Below are positions 28,406 through 38,376 of a stretch of DNA of 64,000 nucleotides, piece after piece. The translations under genes and the position numbers were made by a program. Source of the DNA: a virus (taxonomy: Duplodnaviria; Caudoviricetes); IMG/VR virus record IMGVR_UViG_3300036823_000389, positions 1,432-65,431 of that record; one strand, given 5' to 3'. Under the pieces are notes generated by a model. It saw only the letters and a program-made list of their open reading frames with translations. It did not search any database and had not been told where the DNA came from. Each line of letters starts with the position of its first letter. Within the stretch, counting starts at the first letter, position 1.

Positions 28406-30100
28406 TCATCCCCATACCGGCAGCTGATAGTCCTTCGAGAACCCGTCTCGGGCTTCGGGATTCAGCGCCATCAGCGCCGCGGCATCGAAGAGCGCCATCA
28501 GAGGGTCGATCTTTCCAAATCCGGACTCGTCGCGAACGATGCGCATTCCGGTTGGTGTCGGCTGCACGATCGCGTTGCCGGCACACCAGCTCATGAGCGC
28601 TTGGTTGGGGTGCTTGAACGAGCCATCAGCAAGTTTGCGCTCAATTGTTTTGATAGCGCCCATTAGCCCGAAACCCTGACGCACACCTATCAGGTTGTCG
28701 TCCGTTTCAGTTGTGATTTCGATCTCAGCCAAAGCGTCCACAATTACGCCTAACCCTGCTGGATCAACGCCGACCTTTGCCAAGAGCCCCGACGCTTTAA
28801 CCTGTGCGACTACCTCCACGAGTGCCGCCACGTCCTGAGGGAGCGTCTCGACGTAGACGAGCTCGCCAGCATCGTTGAAGCCGTCGTAGGCAGTTCGATT
28901 GGCTTGCCTGCGTTCTAGCCCCTCGGGGGAAATGAACGCCCTCGCCCAACCGAGCCAGCGCTTGGTGTCCTTCTCCCGTCCAATAACGGCGATACCAAGA
29001 AGATCATCTAGACCACCGCCATCGATGCCTACCGTGACGACTTCGCAACGTAGCAGCAGCGTTTCCAGCGTAAGCGTCAGATCGACCCCGCGGGGCCAAA
29101 GCGCCGCTCCTGCCCAGCCGTCGGACCTGGTGCCTTGGCCAATCTCGACATTGAGATGCTTTGCAAAGAACCCGGCCAGCGAACCACGCCCCTTGCCGCG
29201 CTCCTCCTCCAATTTATCGAGCAAAAACTGCTCATCAACCGCGCCGCCGAGGCTGGGATTGGTGACGTAGAAATTTCCGGGCTGCTCGTAAGCCTTCGAT
29301 TCGAGCATCGCCTTCGGAAATTCGTAGAGGATACCGAGGGAGCGTCGCGAGACGATCAGACCATCGCGGATATCGCGGAACCGTTTCAGCCACTGCTTGA
29401 ACACGCCAACCGGTGGTTCGTTGCTCATCGTGGAGAGAGCGACGACAAAGCCTTCCTTTCGGCTGGCCAATCCACCGGTGGCCTCGCGAAGCATGTCCTC
29501 CGCTTTGGCCGACTTGCCGAAGAGCCAAAGCTCATCAATCAAAACAAAGCCTGCCTTCTTGCCACCGACGGTCTCTGAATCCGCTGCTACGATCTTGAGC
29601 TTGGCCTTTGTGACCCGGTGCTCGATCGTCCGTTCGTGTGGTATCGGCTTTAGGATCGTGAGCAACTCTTCGTCGTTTTGCACCATGCCCATCGCGGGGT
29701 CTGCAGAGTTCTTTGCGATCTCGATCGTCGGCGCGAGAATGATCAGTTCGTTCAGATTGCGCCAATTCCGTATCAGCGCAGTGACCATGATGCCGGCGGC
29801 GATGGTCGACTTGCCGTTCTTCTTCGAAATCAGAAGGAAGAATTCATTGATGAGCCGGCGACCGCTTTCAGCATCATAGGCACCGAAGATGGCCGCTACG
29901 AAATCGAAAACCCACTGATCGCATATTTCGCCAAACGTTGGCGTTCCCGCCACGTCCATCACCTTCAGCGACTTGAACACCTCAAGGGCCGCAGCGGCCT
30001 CACCAGCAAACAGAGGCGCACATGGAAGGAGCGATTCTCGCGCGACGATCCGGCGCTCCCAATCGGGACACGCCGTCGTCCATTGTGGCGGGGCGGTCAC
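28406..30100 (-). CDS. terL: Terminase large subunit
   Basis: Walker A ISKKNGKST, Walker B VLIDELW, GIDGGGLDDL, KIDPLMA. Confidence 0.95.
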   Translation of the reverse strand: MTAPPQWTTACPDWERRIVARESLLPCAPLFAGEAAAALEVFKSLKVMDVAGTPTFGEICDQWVFDFVAAIFGAYDAESGRRLINEFFLLISKKNGKSTIAAGIMVTALIRNWRNLNELIILAPTIEIAKNSADPAMGMVQNDEELLTILKPIPHERTIEHRVTKAKLKIVAADSETVGGKKAGFVLIDELWLFGKSAKAEDMLREATGGLASRKEGFVVALSTMSNEPPVGVFKQWLKRFRDIRDGLIVSRRSLGILYEFPKAMLESKAYEQPGNFYVTNPSLGGAVDEQFLLDKLEEERGKGRGSLAGFFAKHLNVEIGQGTRSDGWAGAALWPRGVDLTLTLETLLLRCEVVTVGIDGGGLDDLLGIAVIGREKDTKRWLGWARAFISPEGLERRQANRTAYDGFNDAGELVYVETLPQDVAALVEVVAQVKASGLLAKVGVDPAGLGVIVDALAEIEITTETDDNLIGVRQGFGLMGAIKTIERKLADGSFKHPNQALMSWCAGNAIVQPTPTGMRIVRDESGFGKIDPLMALFDAAALMALNPEARDGFSKDYQLPVWG

Positions 30101-30687
30101 GAGTCGTTATTTACGATCAGCTTCGGCGGCGCCGGCGGCGCGAAACGTCCACCGCCGCGAACTGCTTCGTGAGCCGCGGCGCTCGCCTGTTCCTTCTTTC
30201 CACGCAACCCGTTCGACGCCGGCTGCATCTCGACCGCCTTTGCGGTCGTACGGTCACCCTGCATGTTCAAGATGAGCCAAGCCTTCGCGGCGGTTACGTT
30301 GCCGGCCTTCATTGAGTTGAAGAGGGACTCGACCCCCTCCCGATAGCCGAACGCCGGACCATCCTGCAGTTCCTTCGCAAAGCTTGCGTTAAGCTGATCG
30401 ACCGTGATGCCGATGGAGCTTGCGATGTCCTCCTCGGCGCCATGCGTCGCCGCCATGATCCTCACCGCCAACCGCTCATCCGGCGTCGGCTGGTAGGGTG
30501 GCGGCTTTGGTTCGGTATTTACCGTTTCTCCCGACTTTGCTGCCAGCTGCGGCGCGAAAGCTTTGCGAAATGTCTTGCTCGTTACGCCGATGCGTCGCGC
30601 CATTTCTTCAATGGCGACAGGAACTTGAATCCACGCGACGACTTGAGAGCACTGCTCGGGCGAGGGCGAGAATGATGGCCGTCCCAT
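30097..30687 (-). CDS. terS: Terminase small subunit
   Basis: Tandem HTH-like repeats, GNVTAAKAWL, GKKEQA; overlaps the terL start. Confidence 0.8.
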   Translation of the reverse strand: MGRPSFSPSPEQCSQVVAWIQVPVAIEEMARRIGVTSKTFRKAFAPQLAAKSGETVNTEPKPPPYQPTPDERLAVRIMAATHGAEEDIASSIGITVDQLNASFAKELQDGPAFGYREGVESLFNSMKAGNVTAAKAWLILNMQGDRTTAKAVEMQPASNGLRGKKEQASAAAHEAVRGGGRFAPPAPPKLIVNNDS

Positions 30688-30734
30688 TTGAACCCTCGGT
30701 AATTACCCACCCCAAAACGCCAGGATTTCAGCCC

Positions 30735-30810
30735 AAAGAAAAAAATCTCTGCGTGCTACCCCATGCGGTTGGCGTGTCCCTACCCGCCGGAGATTTCACC
30801 CCCCCTACCG
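30735..30810 (-). other. Candidate cos/packaging region
   Basis: Non-coding gap between HNH and terS with a GGGGGGTGAAATCTC...ACCGC...CGCAGAGATTTTTTT pattern; position typical of HK97-like cos phages. Confidence 0.45.
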
Positions 30811-30854
30811 ACGCATGGCTCGGCATGACGTGGTGGCATGGCTCAGGAGAGAGG

Positions 30855-31196
30855 CTACGCCGCCGCGCGCCGTGCGCGCTCGCGCGCGGTCTTGAGGCTA
30901 TGGTGACTTCCACAGAGGCATTGGCCGTTGGCGGGATCGAACGGTGCGCCGCCGTCCCTGCGTTCTTTCATATGGTCAGCGAACATGCGGTGCTCTGGAG
31001 CCGACTTCGTGCAGCGACGACCGTTCTCCACCCACTCACACCGCATCCCTGCTTTGGCGATGACGGCCGCAGCCCAAGCGACGTGCTCGGGCATCAGGTA
31101 GAACGGATCAACGGTCTTGGGCGGAGGCTTCACGGCTCGCGTGTCGATCGTTGCGATGCGCGCGCCTAGCATTCGAAGCTTGGCCAAGTATCGCAC
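30855..31196 (-). CDS. Terminase-associated HNH endonuclease
   Basis: ADHMKERRDGG...NGQCLCGSHHSLKT. Confidence 0.85.
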   Translation of the reverse strand: MRYLAKLRMLGARIATIDTRAVKPPPKTVDPFYLMPEHVAWAAAVIAKAGMRCEWVENGRRCTKSAPEHRMFADHMKERRDGGAPFDPANGQCLCGSHHSLKTARERARRAAA

Positions 31197-31204
31197 CCAC
31201 CAGA

Positions 31205-31295
31205 AAACAGCTGCGCCCGGTTCACCTCTTCCGAGGCGCCGGGCGCAAACTCAACTCATGGCGAAAGGGATACAAACTGCCGTACAGGATGACAA
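31205..31295 (-). promoter_or_regulatory. Candidate late promoter with a downstream terminator-like hairpin (PR'/tR'-like)
   Basis: TTGTCA-17-TATCCC, then TGCGCCCGG...CCGGGCGCA followed by GCTGTTTT. Confidence 0.4.
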
Positions 31296-31316
31296 GGGTA
31301 TTTACCGAATTATTTT

Positions 31317-31829
31317 TCAGCAGAGGCGATAGTGACGACCGAGTTGATCGAGCGCGCCTCGCAGAACCGGCAGCGCACCGCGTGCGTTGTACCCCATCTT
31401 ACCCGCCGCCCTTTCCATCGAAGCTCCATCGATGACAACCAATTCGATGACGCGCCAGTTCAATGGGCTGATCGCGGCGCGGGCCCTGTTGATCTCGGTC
31501 AGAGCATCGCACTTCGCATCGGAGAGCGTGCTGGCGTTGCCGCCACCGCCTCCACCCCCAACCAAAGAGACGCCGGCAGATATCTCTGCTTGCTCGGCAT
31601 GACGCTGCAGGATCCTGCCGGCGGCGTGGTGATGGGGCTCGATCAGCTTGTGCGCGAGCAGCCATTCGAGACGGTCCACATTGATGTTCTGTGGCCCGTC
31701 CGGAGCGTTGCGCTTGCCGATACCTGCAATGTCGCGTGCCGGTCTATGCACGGGCGGTAGCCCGTCGTGACCCGGCTTGAGGGCCAGGTGATTACCCGGC
31801 GCCCGAGGCTTCCGTCTTGCTTTTCCCAT
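31317..31829 (-). CDS. Late transcription regulator (Q position, DUF6456-like)
   Basis: C-terminal HTH-like region ending LRGALDQLGRHY; last gene before the late module. Confidence 0.65.
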   Translation of the reverse strand: MGKARRKPRAPGNHLALKPGHDGLPPVHRPARDIAGIGKRNAPDGPQNINVDRLEWLLAHKLIEPHHHAAGRILQRHAEQAEISAGVSLVGGGGGGGNASTLSDAKCDALTEINRARAAISPLNWRVIELVVIDGASMERAAGKMGYNARGALPVLRGALDQLGRHYRLC

Positions 31830-32094
31830 GTTCTTCAGCCCGCTTCGTGTTTGTTGTTTTCTTCGACGTTCGATTAACTCCGCCAATTGGCGGGGTTTCG
31901 CCGCGCGCCAGCGCAGCGACACATGCCCTTTCGTGGCTCTTCACGCGCTCGGCGCGCCGTACGCGATAGACTTTGTTGGCGAGCGCGTGACACTGATTGC
32001 AGTCGTACTGCCCTTGCCGCCGATCTCGTCCACACGCGCAAAGCCCAGGGTTTTTCTGCTCGCATTCCACGCTGTCACACGTGAAACAGTTCAT
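31792..32094 (-). CDS. Cys-rich hypothetical protein
   Basis: CFTC, CAC, CNQC; ATGA-coupled to the initiator gene. Confidence 0.5.
   Translation of the reverse strand: MNCFTCDSVECEQKNPGLCACGRDRRQGQYDCNQCHALANKVYRVRRAERVKSHERACVAALARGETPPIGGVNRTSKKTTNTKRAEEHGKSKTEASGAG
31876..31897. repeat. Dispersed palindrome copy 2: AACTCCGCCAATTGGCGGGGTT
   Basis: 21/22 identical to copy 1. Confidence 0.9.
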
Positions 32095-33131
32095 GCCGCC
32101 ACCTGCTTGACGACATCGATCAGGACATCGTCGCCGAAGGCGCGCCGCATGCGGCGGCCGAATTCGCCTTGGCTGAGGCGTTCTTGCTGGACCATCTTCG
32201 GAACGGTCCACCGCACGGGTGGTCCCCATTCGAACGTCGATCCGCCAAACCAGCCATCGATGTTCGCGGTGTCGAACCCCGCTTGGCGAAGCCGGCCTAC
32301 CACGCCTTCCGGCAGCACCGCTGTCGGCTTTCCTGCCTTTCGGTTTTCAACCTCGGTCATCCGGTCGGCACGGACAGCATCGAGGAATGCCAAGTATCGT
32401 CGATCGCGTATCCAGTTGTCGGGCTGCTTAGGCGATTGCGGCCTGTTCGCCGCGCGGGTGGCGTTGATCCGCGCGAGGTCGCGACTGTAGGCTTCGACGC
32501 ACGCGATCAATTCCGGCGCCGTTGGCCGATCATCCCATGGGATCGCTTCCCATCGCTTGCGGGCATCTGCCTCGAGGATGTCTCCCGATTGGTGTGGTAG
32601 CGCGACGAAGGTCGGCCAGACGCTTGGAGGCCAAGCCTTGGGGTCTGGCTTACCCGGTTCTGGTTGTTTTCCAGCCCAAGGCGGACCGTCATTCTCGCCC
32701 TCGGCGTGAGAGTGACGGTTCTCTGACGGTTCAATTGACGGTTCCTCTATATGCATTCCACCTGGTGGAATGGTTTTTCCATCCAGTGGAGAAGGGATTC
32801 CATCAGGTGGAATCGTTTTGCCGGAACGTTTTGAGATTCCACGAGGTGGAATCGCCTCAGAATTCTCCTCGGGAAGCGTCAACTGATAGGCCTTAACCAC
32901 CTGCCCCTTGCGCACGATCTCAGTTGGTACGATCAGACCCATCGATTCCAACGCCGCCAAGTGCTTGTAGACGGTGGACTGGGCGAGTTCGGTGTGGCTG
33001 ACCATCAGGTCTATTGACGGCCAGCAGACGCCTTGTTCATTGGCGTTGTCGGCGAGCTTCACCAACACCAGCTTCGCTGCCGGCGATCCCGTGTGTTGTT
33101 TCATTGCCCATCCGACCACTTCTCCGCTCAT
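32091..33131 (-). CDS. Replication initiator (lambda O-like, N-terminal HTH)
   Basis: AKLVLVKLADNANEQGVCWPSIDLM...STVYKHLAALE; internal iterons. Confidence 0.85.
   Translation of the reverse strand: MSGEVVGWAMKQHTGSPAAKLVLVKLADNANEQGVCWPSIDLMVSHTELAQSTVYKHLAALESMGLIVPTEIVRKGQVVKAYQLTLPEENSEAIPPRGISKRSGKTIPPDGIPSPLDGKTIPPGGMHIEEPSIEPSENRHSHAEGENDGPPWAGKQPEPGKPDPKAWPPSVWPTFVALPHQSGDILEADARKRWEAIPWDDRPTAPELIACVEAYSRDLARINATRAANRPQSPKQPDNWIRDRRYLAFLDAVRADRMTEVENRKAGKPTAVLPEGVVGRLRQAGFDTANIDGWFGGSTFEWGPPVRWTVPKMVQQERLSQGEFGRRMRRAFGDDVLIDVVKQVAA
32713..32852. repeat. Origin of replication iterons
   Basis: ATTCCA-N4-GTGGAAT at 32755, 32776 (degenerate), 32797 and 32836; three TGACGGTTC repeats at 32713-32744. 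Confidence 0.8.
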
Positions 33132-34834
33132 GGGGTGGGCTCCTGCGGCGCTAACCCCGCCAATTGGCGGGGTTTCTTGCTGGGCGAGGTCAGATACTTC
33201 TGAACCAGCGCCTGCAGCCGGCTGTCGTCGGTGTTGACCACCGTGACGCCCAGATGCGGATCGATGATTTGCGACGCCTCGCTGGCTTTGAGCCCCAATT
33301 GCTCCATCATCGGCGGATCGCTGCCCTCGTCCGTCACGAGGAAGATGGCCGATACCGGGTTCTCTTGGCCTTCGCGATCGAGGCGGCCGATGCATTGGTG
33401 ATGGACGCCCGGCGACCAATCGAGCTCGCCGAACACGAGGATGCTGCAGTGGTTCTGCAATCCATCCAGGCCGGCGCCAGCGCGCAGGCTGATGAACAAG
33501 GGCTTTGGCTTGCCCTCGATAAATCGCTGCTTCTCGCGGTCCTTCGCCGCGGGGCTTTCGCTCCCGGTGTACATGCACGGCTCGAGGTCTTTCAGTTCCT
33601 CAAGCCAGATGTCGTACACCTCGCGATGCCAGCCATAGACGATGACGCGCTCACCGGTCTCGACGATCAATCGGACGAACGCCGCAACGGTCTTTGCCTT
33701 GGCCACGCCGGTCGCCTGGCGCACTCGCATGTCCAATTCGCGAACAGCCTTGCCCCGCTCGGTGAACTCCGCCGTCGTGGCGCGGATGGCCAGAGCATGG
33801 GCGAGCGCATCGACGGAATGCATCTCGTGTTCATCGTAGCCGATACTCTCCACGATCCTGCTGACGGCCGGTAGTTCTTGCCCGACGTCCTTGCGGGTAC
33901 GGCGCACGAAGGCGTGCTGCTCGCGCAGATACGTCCCCAAAGCCTTAGGATCGGTGACATGGCCGTCAGGCGACCACTCGCGTTCGAACTCCTGTTGCGA
34001 GCCGAGCAATCCCGGTCGCAGGATGTTCATGATGTTCCAAATCTCGATGCCCCAATTGTAGATCGGGGTCGCTGTCAGTCCGAGCGTGATGGGATCGGCG
34101 TCGTCGATCAGTCGTTTCGCGGATGCGGCCCGATCAGATTGCAGACCGGTGCGAAGTTCTTGCACTTCGTCGAAGGCGACCGACTTGGGCCGCAGCACCT
34201 GCCAGACATCCGCCCAACCGCGCATTTGCGACCAGCGGAAGATGTAAACGTCCGCGTCGCCCGGAAGACCATACGGCTTGAGCGTTCTGACCAAATGACA
34301 CTTCAGCGTCGTGAACCCCTCAATCTTCTCTTTCCATTGGCGCTGGAGATGCGGATAGCAGACGGCGACGGCAGGCAGCGCGCCGGGCAGCAAGAACATG
34401 CCCGCCGCCTCATAGGTCTTGCCGAGACCAACCTCGTCGCCGCACAGCACGCGACGCGAGAGCCGCACCATATCGACCAGCTGCGCCTGATAGGGGCGGA
34501 GCACCTGGCCCGACCGCAATCCGGAGAGCAGCGGCGGCGTGTAGTGTGGCGAGAAGAGTCGCTCGATTTCCGCCTGGTTGTTCTCGAACTGCACGCGGCG
34601 CGCGCGCAACGCCATAAGGTCAGAAATGGACGCGGCCAGCGGATAACGCCGCGTAAACCAGTCGAGATCGGCCGCCACGTCGGGCGCGTCGGGGAAGACG
34701 TACGGCGGCGGATCCGTCTTGCGGATGCGCGGGAACAATTGCTTCAGCCGGATGGAGACGTGTGGCGCTACATCATCCATCACCCAGAAAGCGCCCCGGC
34801 GGGCGAGCGTGCCGTAGGTGGTTGTTACAGCCAT
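33128..34834 (-). CDS. SNF2-family helicase/ATPase
   Basis: DEVGLGKT, FDEVQEL, LTATPIYN, QCIGRLDREGQ. Confidence 0.9.
   Translation of the reverse strand: MAVTTTYGTLARRGAFWVMDDVAPHVSIRLKQLFPRIRKTDPPPYVFPDAPDVAADLDWFTRRYPLAASISDLMALRARRVQFENNQAEIERLFSPHYTPPLLSGLRSGQVLRPYQAQLVDMVRLSRRVLCGDEVGLGKTYEAAGMFLLPGALPAVAVCYPHLQRQWKEKIEGFTTLKCHLVRTLKPYGLPGDADVYIFRWSQMRGWADVWQVLRPKSVAFDEVQELRTGLQSDRAASAKRLIDDADPITLGLTATPIYNWGIEIWNIMNILRPGLLGSQQEFEREWSPDGHVTDPKALGTYLREQHAFVRRTRKDVGQELPAVSRIVESIGYDEHEMHSVDALAHALAIRATTAEFTERGKAVRELDMRVRQATGVAKAKTVAAFVRLIVETGERVIVYGWHREVYDIWLEELKDLEPCMYTGSESPAAKDREKQRFIEGKPKPLFISLRAGAGLDGLQNHCSILVFGELDWSPGVHHQCIGRLDREGQENPVSAIFLVTDEGSDPPMMEQLGLKASEASQIIDPHLGVTVVNTDDSRLQALVQKYLTSPSKKPRQLAGLAPQEPTP
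33153..33174. repeat. Dispersed palindrome copy 3: AACCCCGCCAATTGGCGGGGTT
   Basis: Perfect palindrome 21 bp upstream of the initiator start. Confidence 0.9.
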
Positions 34835-35259
34835 GCGCGCCCCAACGAGATGAGGAACGCAGGCTTGCCGCCTATATCGGCGGGCAGGTCCATGGCGCGG
34901 TTGGAGACTAGGTACAGCGCGCGCACGCACGGATGTGCGGCATAGCGCGCAAGCTGGCGAACAATGCTGGCCGGCCGCGCCGCGTTCATCTTGACCTCGA
35001 TCACCTCGCCGGCGTCGCCCCGCGGCTCCGGCAGCCAGAAGTCGAGGCGCTCATGAGGACTAAGGCGGTGCTCGCGTTTGTGCTTCACCTCCAGCTCGTC
35101 GAGCAATCGGCTGATCGCGGCTTGGGCGGCGATCTCATCGGTCAGCGGAATGCGCGCACTCTGGAGTTTGCGCGTCAGGAATCCCGCCAACTCGGCATAG
35201 GGGTCTCGCGGCAGCGCGAGCACTTGGATAAAATGCTCTGGACGGATGGATTCAGCCAT
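34825..35259 (-). CDS. PD-(D/E)XK-like nuclease
   Basis: REHRL...RLDF...IEVK...RQLARY. Confidence 0.65.
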   Translation of the reverse strand: MAESIRPEHFIQVLALPRDPYAELAGFLTRKLQSARIPLTDEIAAQAAISRLLDELEVKHKREHRLSPHERLDFWLPEPRGDAGEVIEVKMNAARPASIVRQLARYAAHPCVRALYLVSNRAMDLPADIGGKPAFLISLGRAWL

Positions 35260-35506
35260 TGCCCATCCCCAGCAATCGCATGACGCCAGCGAGCGACCAC
35301 AGCGCGAACTGACCTTTGCCGTAGGCAATGTCTCCGTTGACGCCGTCGGCGAGTTCTTCCGCTATCACCGGCGCCGCCGGATCGTCGCCGCAGACGCGCT
35401 CGACCCGCAGCGGCCGGCCGCGAAAGAGGAAGACCATCCCCCGCGTCACGGTGGCCGGCCGAACAACGGCGGGCGGTGCGATCGGATTGCACGGCAGCGG
35501 GTTCAT
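35252..35506 (-). CDS. Hypothetical protein
   Basis: ATGA-coupled to dnaB. Confidence 0.5.
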   Translation of the reverse strand: MNPLPCNPIAPPAVVRPATVTRGMVFLFRGRPLRVERVCGDDPAAPVIAEELADGVNGDIAYGKGQFALWSLAGVMRLLGMGNG

Positions 35507-36927
35507 GTTTCCTCCGCCGCGTTGGAGAACCTGGTGAACCGATCATCGAAGAACAGGTCGAGCTTGTTGGTCGCACCGTGCCTGTGCTTCTCAACCAGGA
35601 TCTCGGCGCGCCGGTGCGCGCGTTCGCACTTCTCCAGCCACTTCGCATGGTCGGGTGAAGCCGGGTCCGGCTCGCGGCTCTTGAGGTAGTATTCCTCTCG
35701 GTAGATGAACATCACGACGTCGGCGTCCTGTTCGATGGAGCCGGATTCACGCAGATCGGATAGCACCGGGCGTTTGTCGTCGCGGCTATCGACCGAGCGG
35801 CTCAATTGCGACAGGGCCACGACGGGGACGTCGAGCTCCTTTGCCAGCACCTTCAGGCCCTTCGATATCTCGGTGATTTCCTGCACGCGGTTTTCAGGCC
35901 GGCCCGAGCCCGCGACCAGCTGGATATGGTCGATCATGATGCAGCCGATGTTCTTCTCACGCTTCATGCGCCGCGCGCGCGCCGCGATCTGCGCGATCGA
36001 GATGCCGCCGGTGTCGTCGAAGTAGAGCGGCGCCGCGGAGATGCTCTGCATGCATATAACGAACTGTTCCCACTCGCTCTCCGAGAACTTGCCGTTCCGG
36101 ATTTTCCACATCTCGAGCTCGGTCTGCTCGGACAGGATGCGTGCGCCCAACTGCTGCGCCGCCATTTCGAGGCTGAAAAACAGCACTGGCGCGCCGCGCG
36201 GCACGTCGGCGCCGGCTTCGACGTCCTGGGCATAGGTGCGCGCCATGTGGAACGCCATGTTCGTGGCCAGCGAACTCTTTCCCATGCCCGGCCGGCCGGC
36301 GAGGATGATCAGATCGGAGGGCTGCAAACCACCCAACAGGCCGTCGATGTCGCTGAACCCAGTCGGGACACCCGATATCCTTCCGCCGCGCGCTTGCGCC
36401 TTCTCCGCCAATGCAACCGTGCGGCGGAGCGCCTCGGCGAAGTCCATCGGGCCCCGCCCGTACTTCGCGGTCTCGCTGACGCGGTAGAGCGCCTTCTCCG
36501 CCTCCTCGATCAGCTTTGCCGGCGGGCGGTCGACGTCGGTCTCATAGGACGCGTTGGCCAGGTCCTCGCCGATCCGCAGCAACTCACGCCGCACCGCGGC
36601 TTCGCGAATGACGCGCGCCATCTCCTTGACGTTGGTGATGGAGGGCGCGGCGTCGGCGAGGACGCCGAAGTAGTCCAGGTTGAGGCTGGAGAGGCCGGGA
36701 TCGGCTCGCATGATCGCCGAGAGGGTCAGCGGCGTAATCGCCCTGCCCTGCTCCCACACCTTGAGCATCGTCTCGAAGGTGCGCTGGTGCAGCGGGTCGG
36801 AGAAGTCGTCGGCCTTCAGGATGGCGGTCAGCGTCTCCAGGCGGCGGTTATCAACGAGGATGGCGCCGAGCACGGCTTGCTCGATCTCGACCTCGGCGGG
36901 CGCGTGGCGGAAGTCTGGAGCGTTCAT
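35503..36927 (-). CDS. dnaB: Replicative DNA helicase
   Basis: AGRPGMGKS, FFSLEM, IDHIQL, LSQLSR, DLRESGSIEQDAD, KHRHG. Confidence 0.97.
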   Translation of the reverse strand: MNAPDFRHAPAEVEIEQAVLGAILVDNRRLETLTAILKADDFSDPLHQRTFETMLKVWEQGRAITPLTLSAIMRADPGLSSLNLDYFGVLADAAPSITNVKEMARVIREAAVRRELLRIGEDLANASYETDVDRPPAKLIEEAEKALYRVSETAKYGRGPMDFAEALRRTVALAEKAQARGGRISGVPTGFSDIDGLLGGLQPSDLIILAGRPGMGKSSLATNMAFHMARTYAQDVEAGADVPRGAPVLFFSLEMAAQQLGARILSEQTELEMWKIRNGKFSESEWEQFVICMQSISAAPLYFDDTGGISIAQIAARARRMKREKNIGCIMIDHIQLVAGSGRPENRVQEITEISKGLKVLAKELDVPVVALSQLSRSVDSRDDKRPVLSDLRESGSIEQDADVVMFIYREEYYLKSREPDPASPDHAKWLEKCERAHRRAEILVEKHRHGATNKLDLFFDDRFTRFSNAAEET

Positions 36928-37241
36928 TCTGGCCTCCGCGGCTCGAACTCAGGCACCACGCGGCGCGTCAGGTGCGGTGTCTCGTTGCGCTTGGCGACGG
37001 TGCCGAGGAGTATGTCAGCGCGATCGCGCAGCGACTGCGTCAGGCCTGCGGCGACGATCTCACCCAGCAGCGCGACCATCTTCTGGAAGTGCTTCGCACC
37101 GTGCAGGTAGCGCTTGCAGCGGTAGACCTTGAACGTCTTGTCCGGCAGATGCTTCGCGAGACCATCCGCAACCGCGCGCGCTTCTTCGAGCGTCGTGATC
37201 TCGCGTTGGTCATCGGGAAGGACGAGGTAGAACTCGCTCAT
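36924..37241 (-). CDS. Hypothetical protein
   Basis: Overlap-coupled on both sides. Confidence 0.55.
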   Translation of the reverse strand: MSEFYLVLPDDQREITTLEEARAVADGLAKHLPDKTFKVYRCKRYLHGAKHFQKMVALLGEIVAAGLTQSLRDRADILLGTVAKRNETPHLTRRVVPEFEPRRPE

Positions 37242-37747
37242 CGCGGCACCTCGACCTCAATGGCATGCGTGATGTGCCAACGGCCGTCAGCGCGCGGCAC
37301 GCACTCTTTGAGGATGTGAGGCACCAACGAGTTCGCCCAAATTACCTCACTGCACCAACCCGTTCCGTTCCCAATCGCATTGATGTCGAAGATGCCCGTT
37401 TCGCCGTTCGATCTGGCGGAACCAACCCAGTGGGTCTGCCGATAGCGCGCCCGCAACGGCACGCCTGGCTTCGTCCAGGGACCTTCCCACTGGATTCGCG
37501 CCAACCCATACCGCGGCCAGCGAACGTCGGTTCTCCGCCAATGCCTGCCGATGCTGCGGAGCGCATCGAACATCATGGTAGGGTTCGTGTAGCCCTTGCC
37601 TTCGAAGCCGATCATGTGCGGCCGCACCTGTTCGAGCGTCAGGTGCATGATGGCGGCAAGCGCGCCAGGGCCGCAGTTCGCGCCCCATTCATCGCTTGCG
37701 CGGATGGCATCTTCGAGAGTGAACAGTGTCTGGAGCGGGAAGGTCAT
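37238..37747 (-). CDS. Papain-like (C39-like) cysteine peptidase-fold protein
   Basis: NCGPGALA (Cys), THWVG (His), IFDIN (Asp). Confidence 0.6.
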   Translation of the reverse strand: MTFPLQTLFTLEDAIRASDEWGANCGPGALAAIMHLTLEQVRPHMIGFEGKGYTNPTMMFDALRSIGRHWRRTDVRWPRYGLARIQWEGPWTKPGVPLRARYRQTHWVGSARSNGETGIFDINAIGNGTGWCSEVIWANSLVPHILKECVPRADGRWHITHAIEVEVPR

Positions 37748-38376
37748 GCGGCCTTCCTCGGAGAGAGGAAGCTCGGCTGGGATGCCCAGTTCGTAATCTT
37801 CCCAACGTTCTTCGCGAATCGCGAGGCGGAGGATCCGTCGACGCTTGAAGCACCGGCTTCAACCGCGAGGCGCATTCGGCCTCGCGTGTTGACGCGCGCG
37901 ACGTGATAGTGACAGCCGACGTCCGCACACAGCGCGCCCCAATCGCGCATGCGTTCGATTTTCCACTCGGTGCTACCTCCTAGAAAGACGCCGACGTGAC
38001 GCCCGAGCAGGTTGCGAACGTCGGCGGGCTCCATGCCGTCCTGCACAGCAAGCAAGACCAAATCGCTGACCGACCGGCATCGGTTCATCCAGCGCAGTGA
38101 GAGTTCGAGGCTCTTGATCCCTCCCGCCACGATGTCCGGAAGGACGATCCAATCGGCACAGCTTCCCATTTTCTCGATCAGCCGGTCGAAGGTGTCCCCA
38201 TCGAAAGGGCTTCCCGCTTGAAAATCTGTCCAAGCACCGTTGTCGAGCGCATAGGCGAAGCCTTCGCTCCGCCACACACCGGCGCGCGACACGAGCAACC
38301 GCCAACCAGCGGCGCGCATTGCAGCCAGATTCCTCTTTGTGCCCGTTCGACTTGCATAAAGGATCGGAAGGGTCAT
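37744..38376 (-). CDS. TGT/DpdA-like base-exchange transglycosylase-fold protein
   Basis: YALDNGAW, VLPDIV, VFLGGS, HVARVN, SVDGS line up with TGT-barrel Asp motifs. Confidence 0.55.
   Translation of the reverse strand: MTLPILYASRTGTKRNLAAMRAAGWRLLVSRAGVWRSEGFAYALDNGAWTDFQAGSPFDGDTFDRLIEKMGSCADWIVLPDIVAGGIKSLELSLRWMNRCRSVSDLVLLAVQDGMEPADVRNLLGRHVGVFLGGSTEWKIERMRDWGALCADVGCHYHVARVNTRGRMRLAVEAGASSVDGSSASRFAKNVGKITNWASQPSFLSPRKAA

Noticed and set aside
9231-31196. Gene transfer agent
   Set aside because: The structural module is linked to int/xis, cI/cro, replication genes and HNH/terS, which indicates a true prophage.
32713-32852. CRISPR-like mini-array
   Set aside because: The repeats are 17 bp with 4-22 bp gaps inside a coding gene and no cas genes are present; they fit ori iterons.
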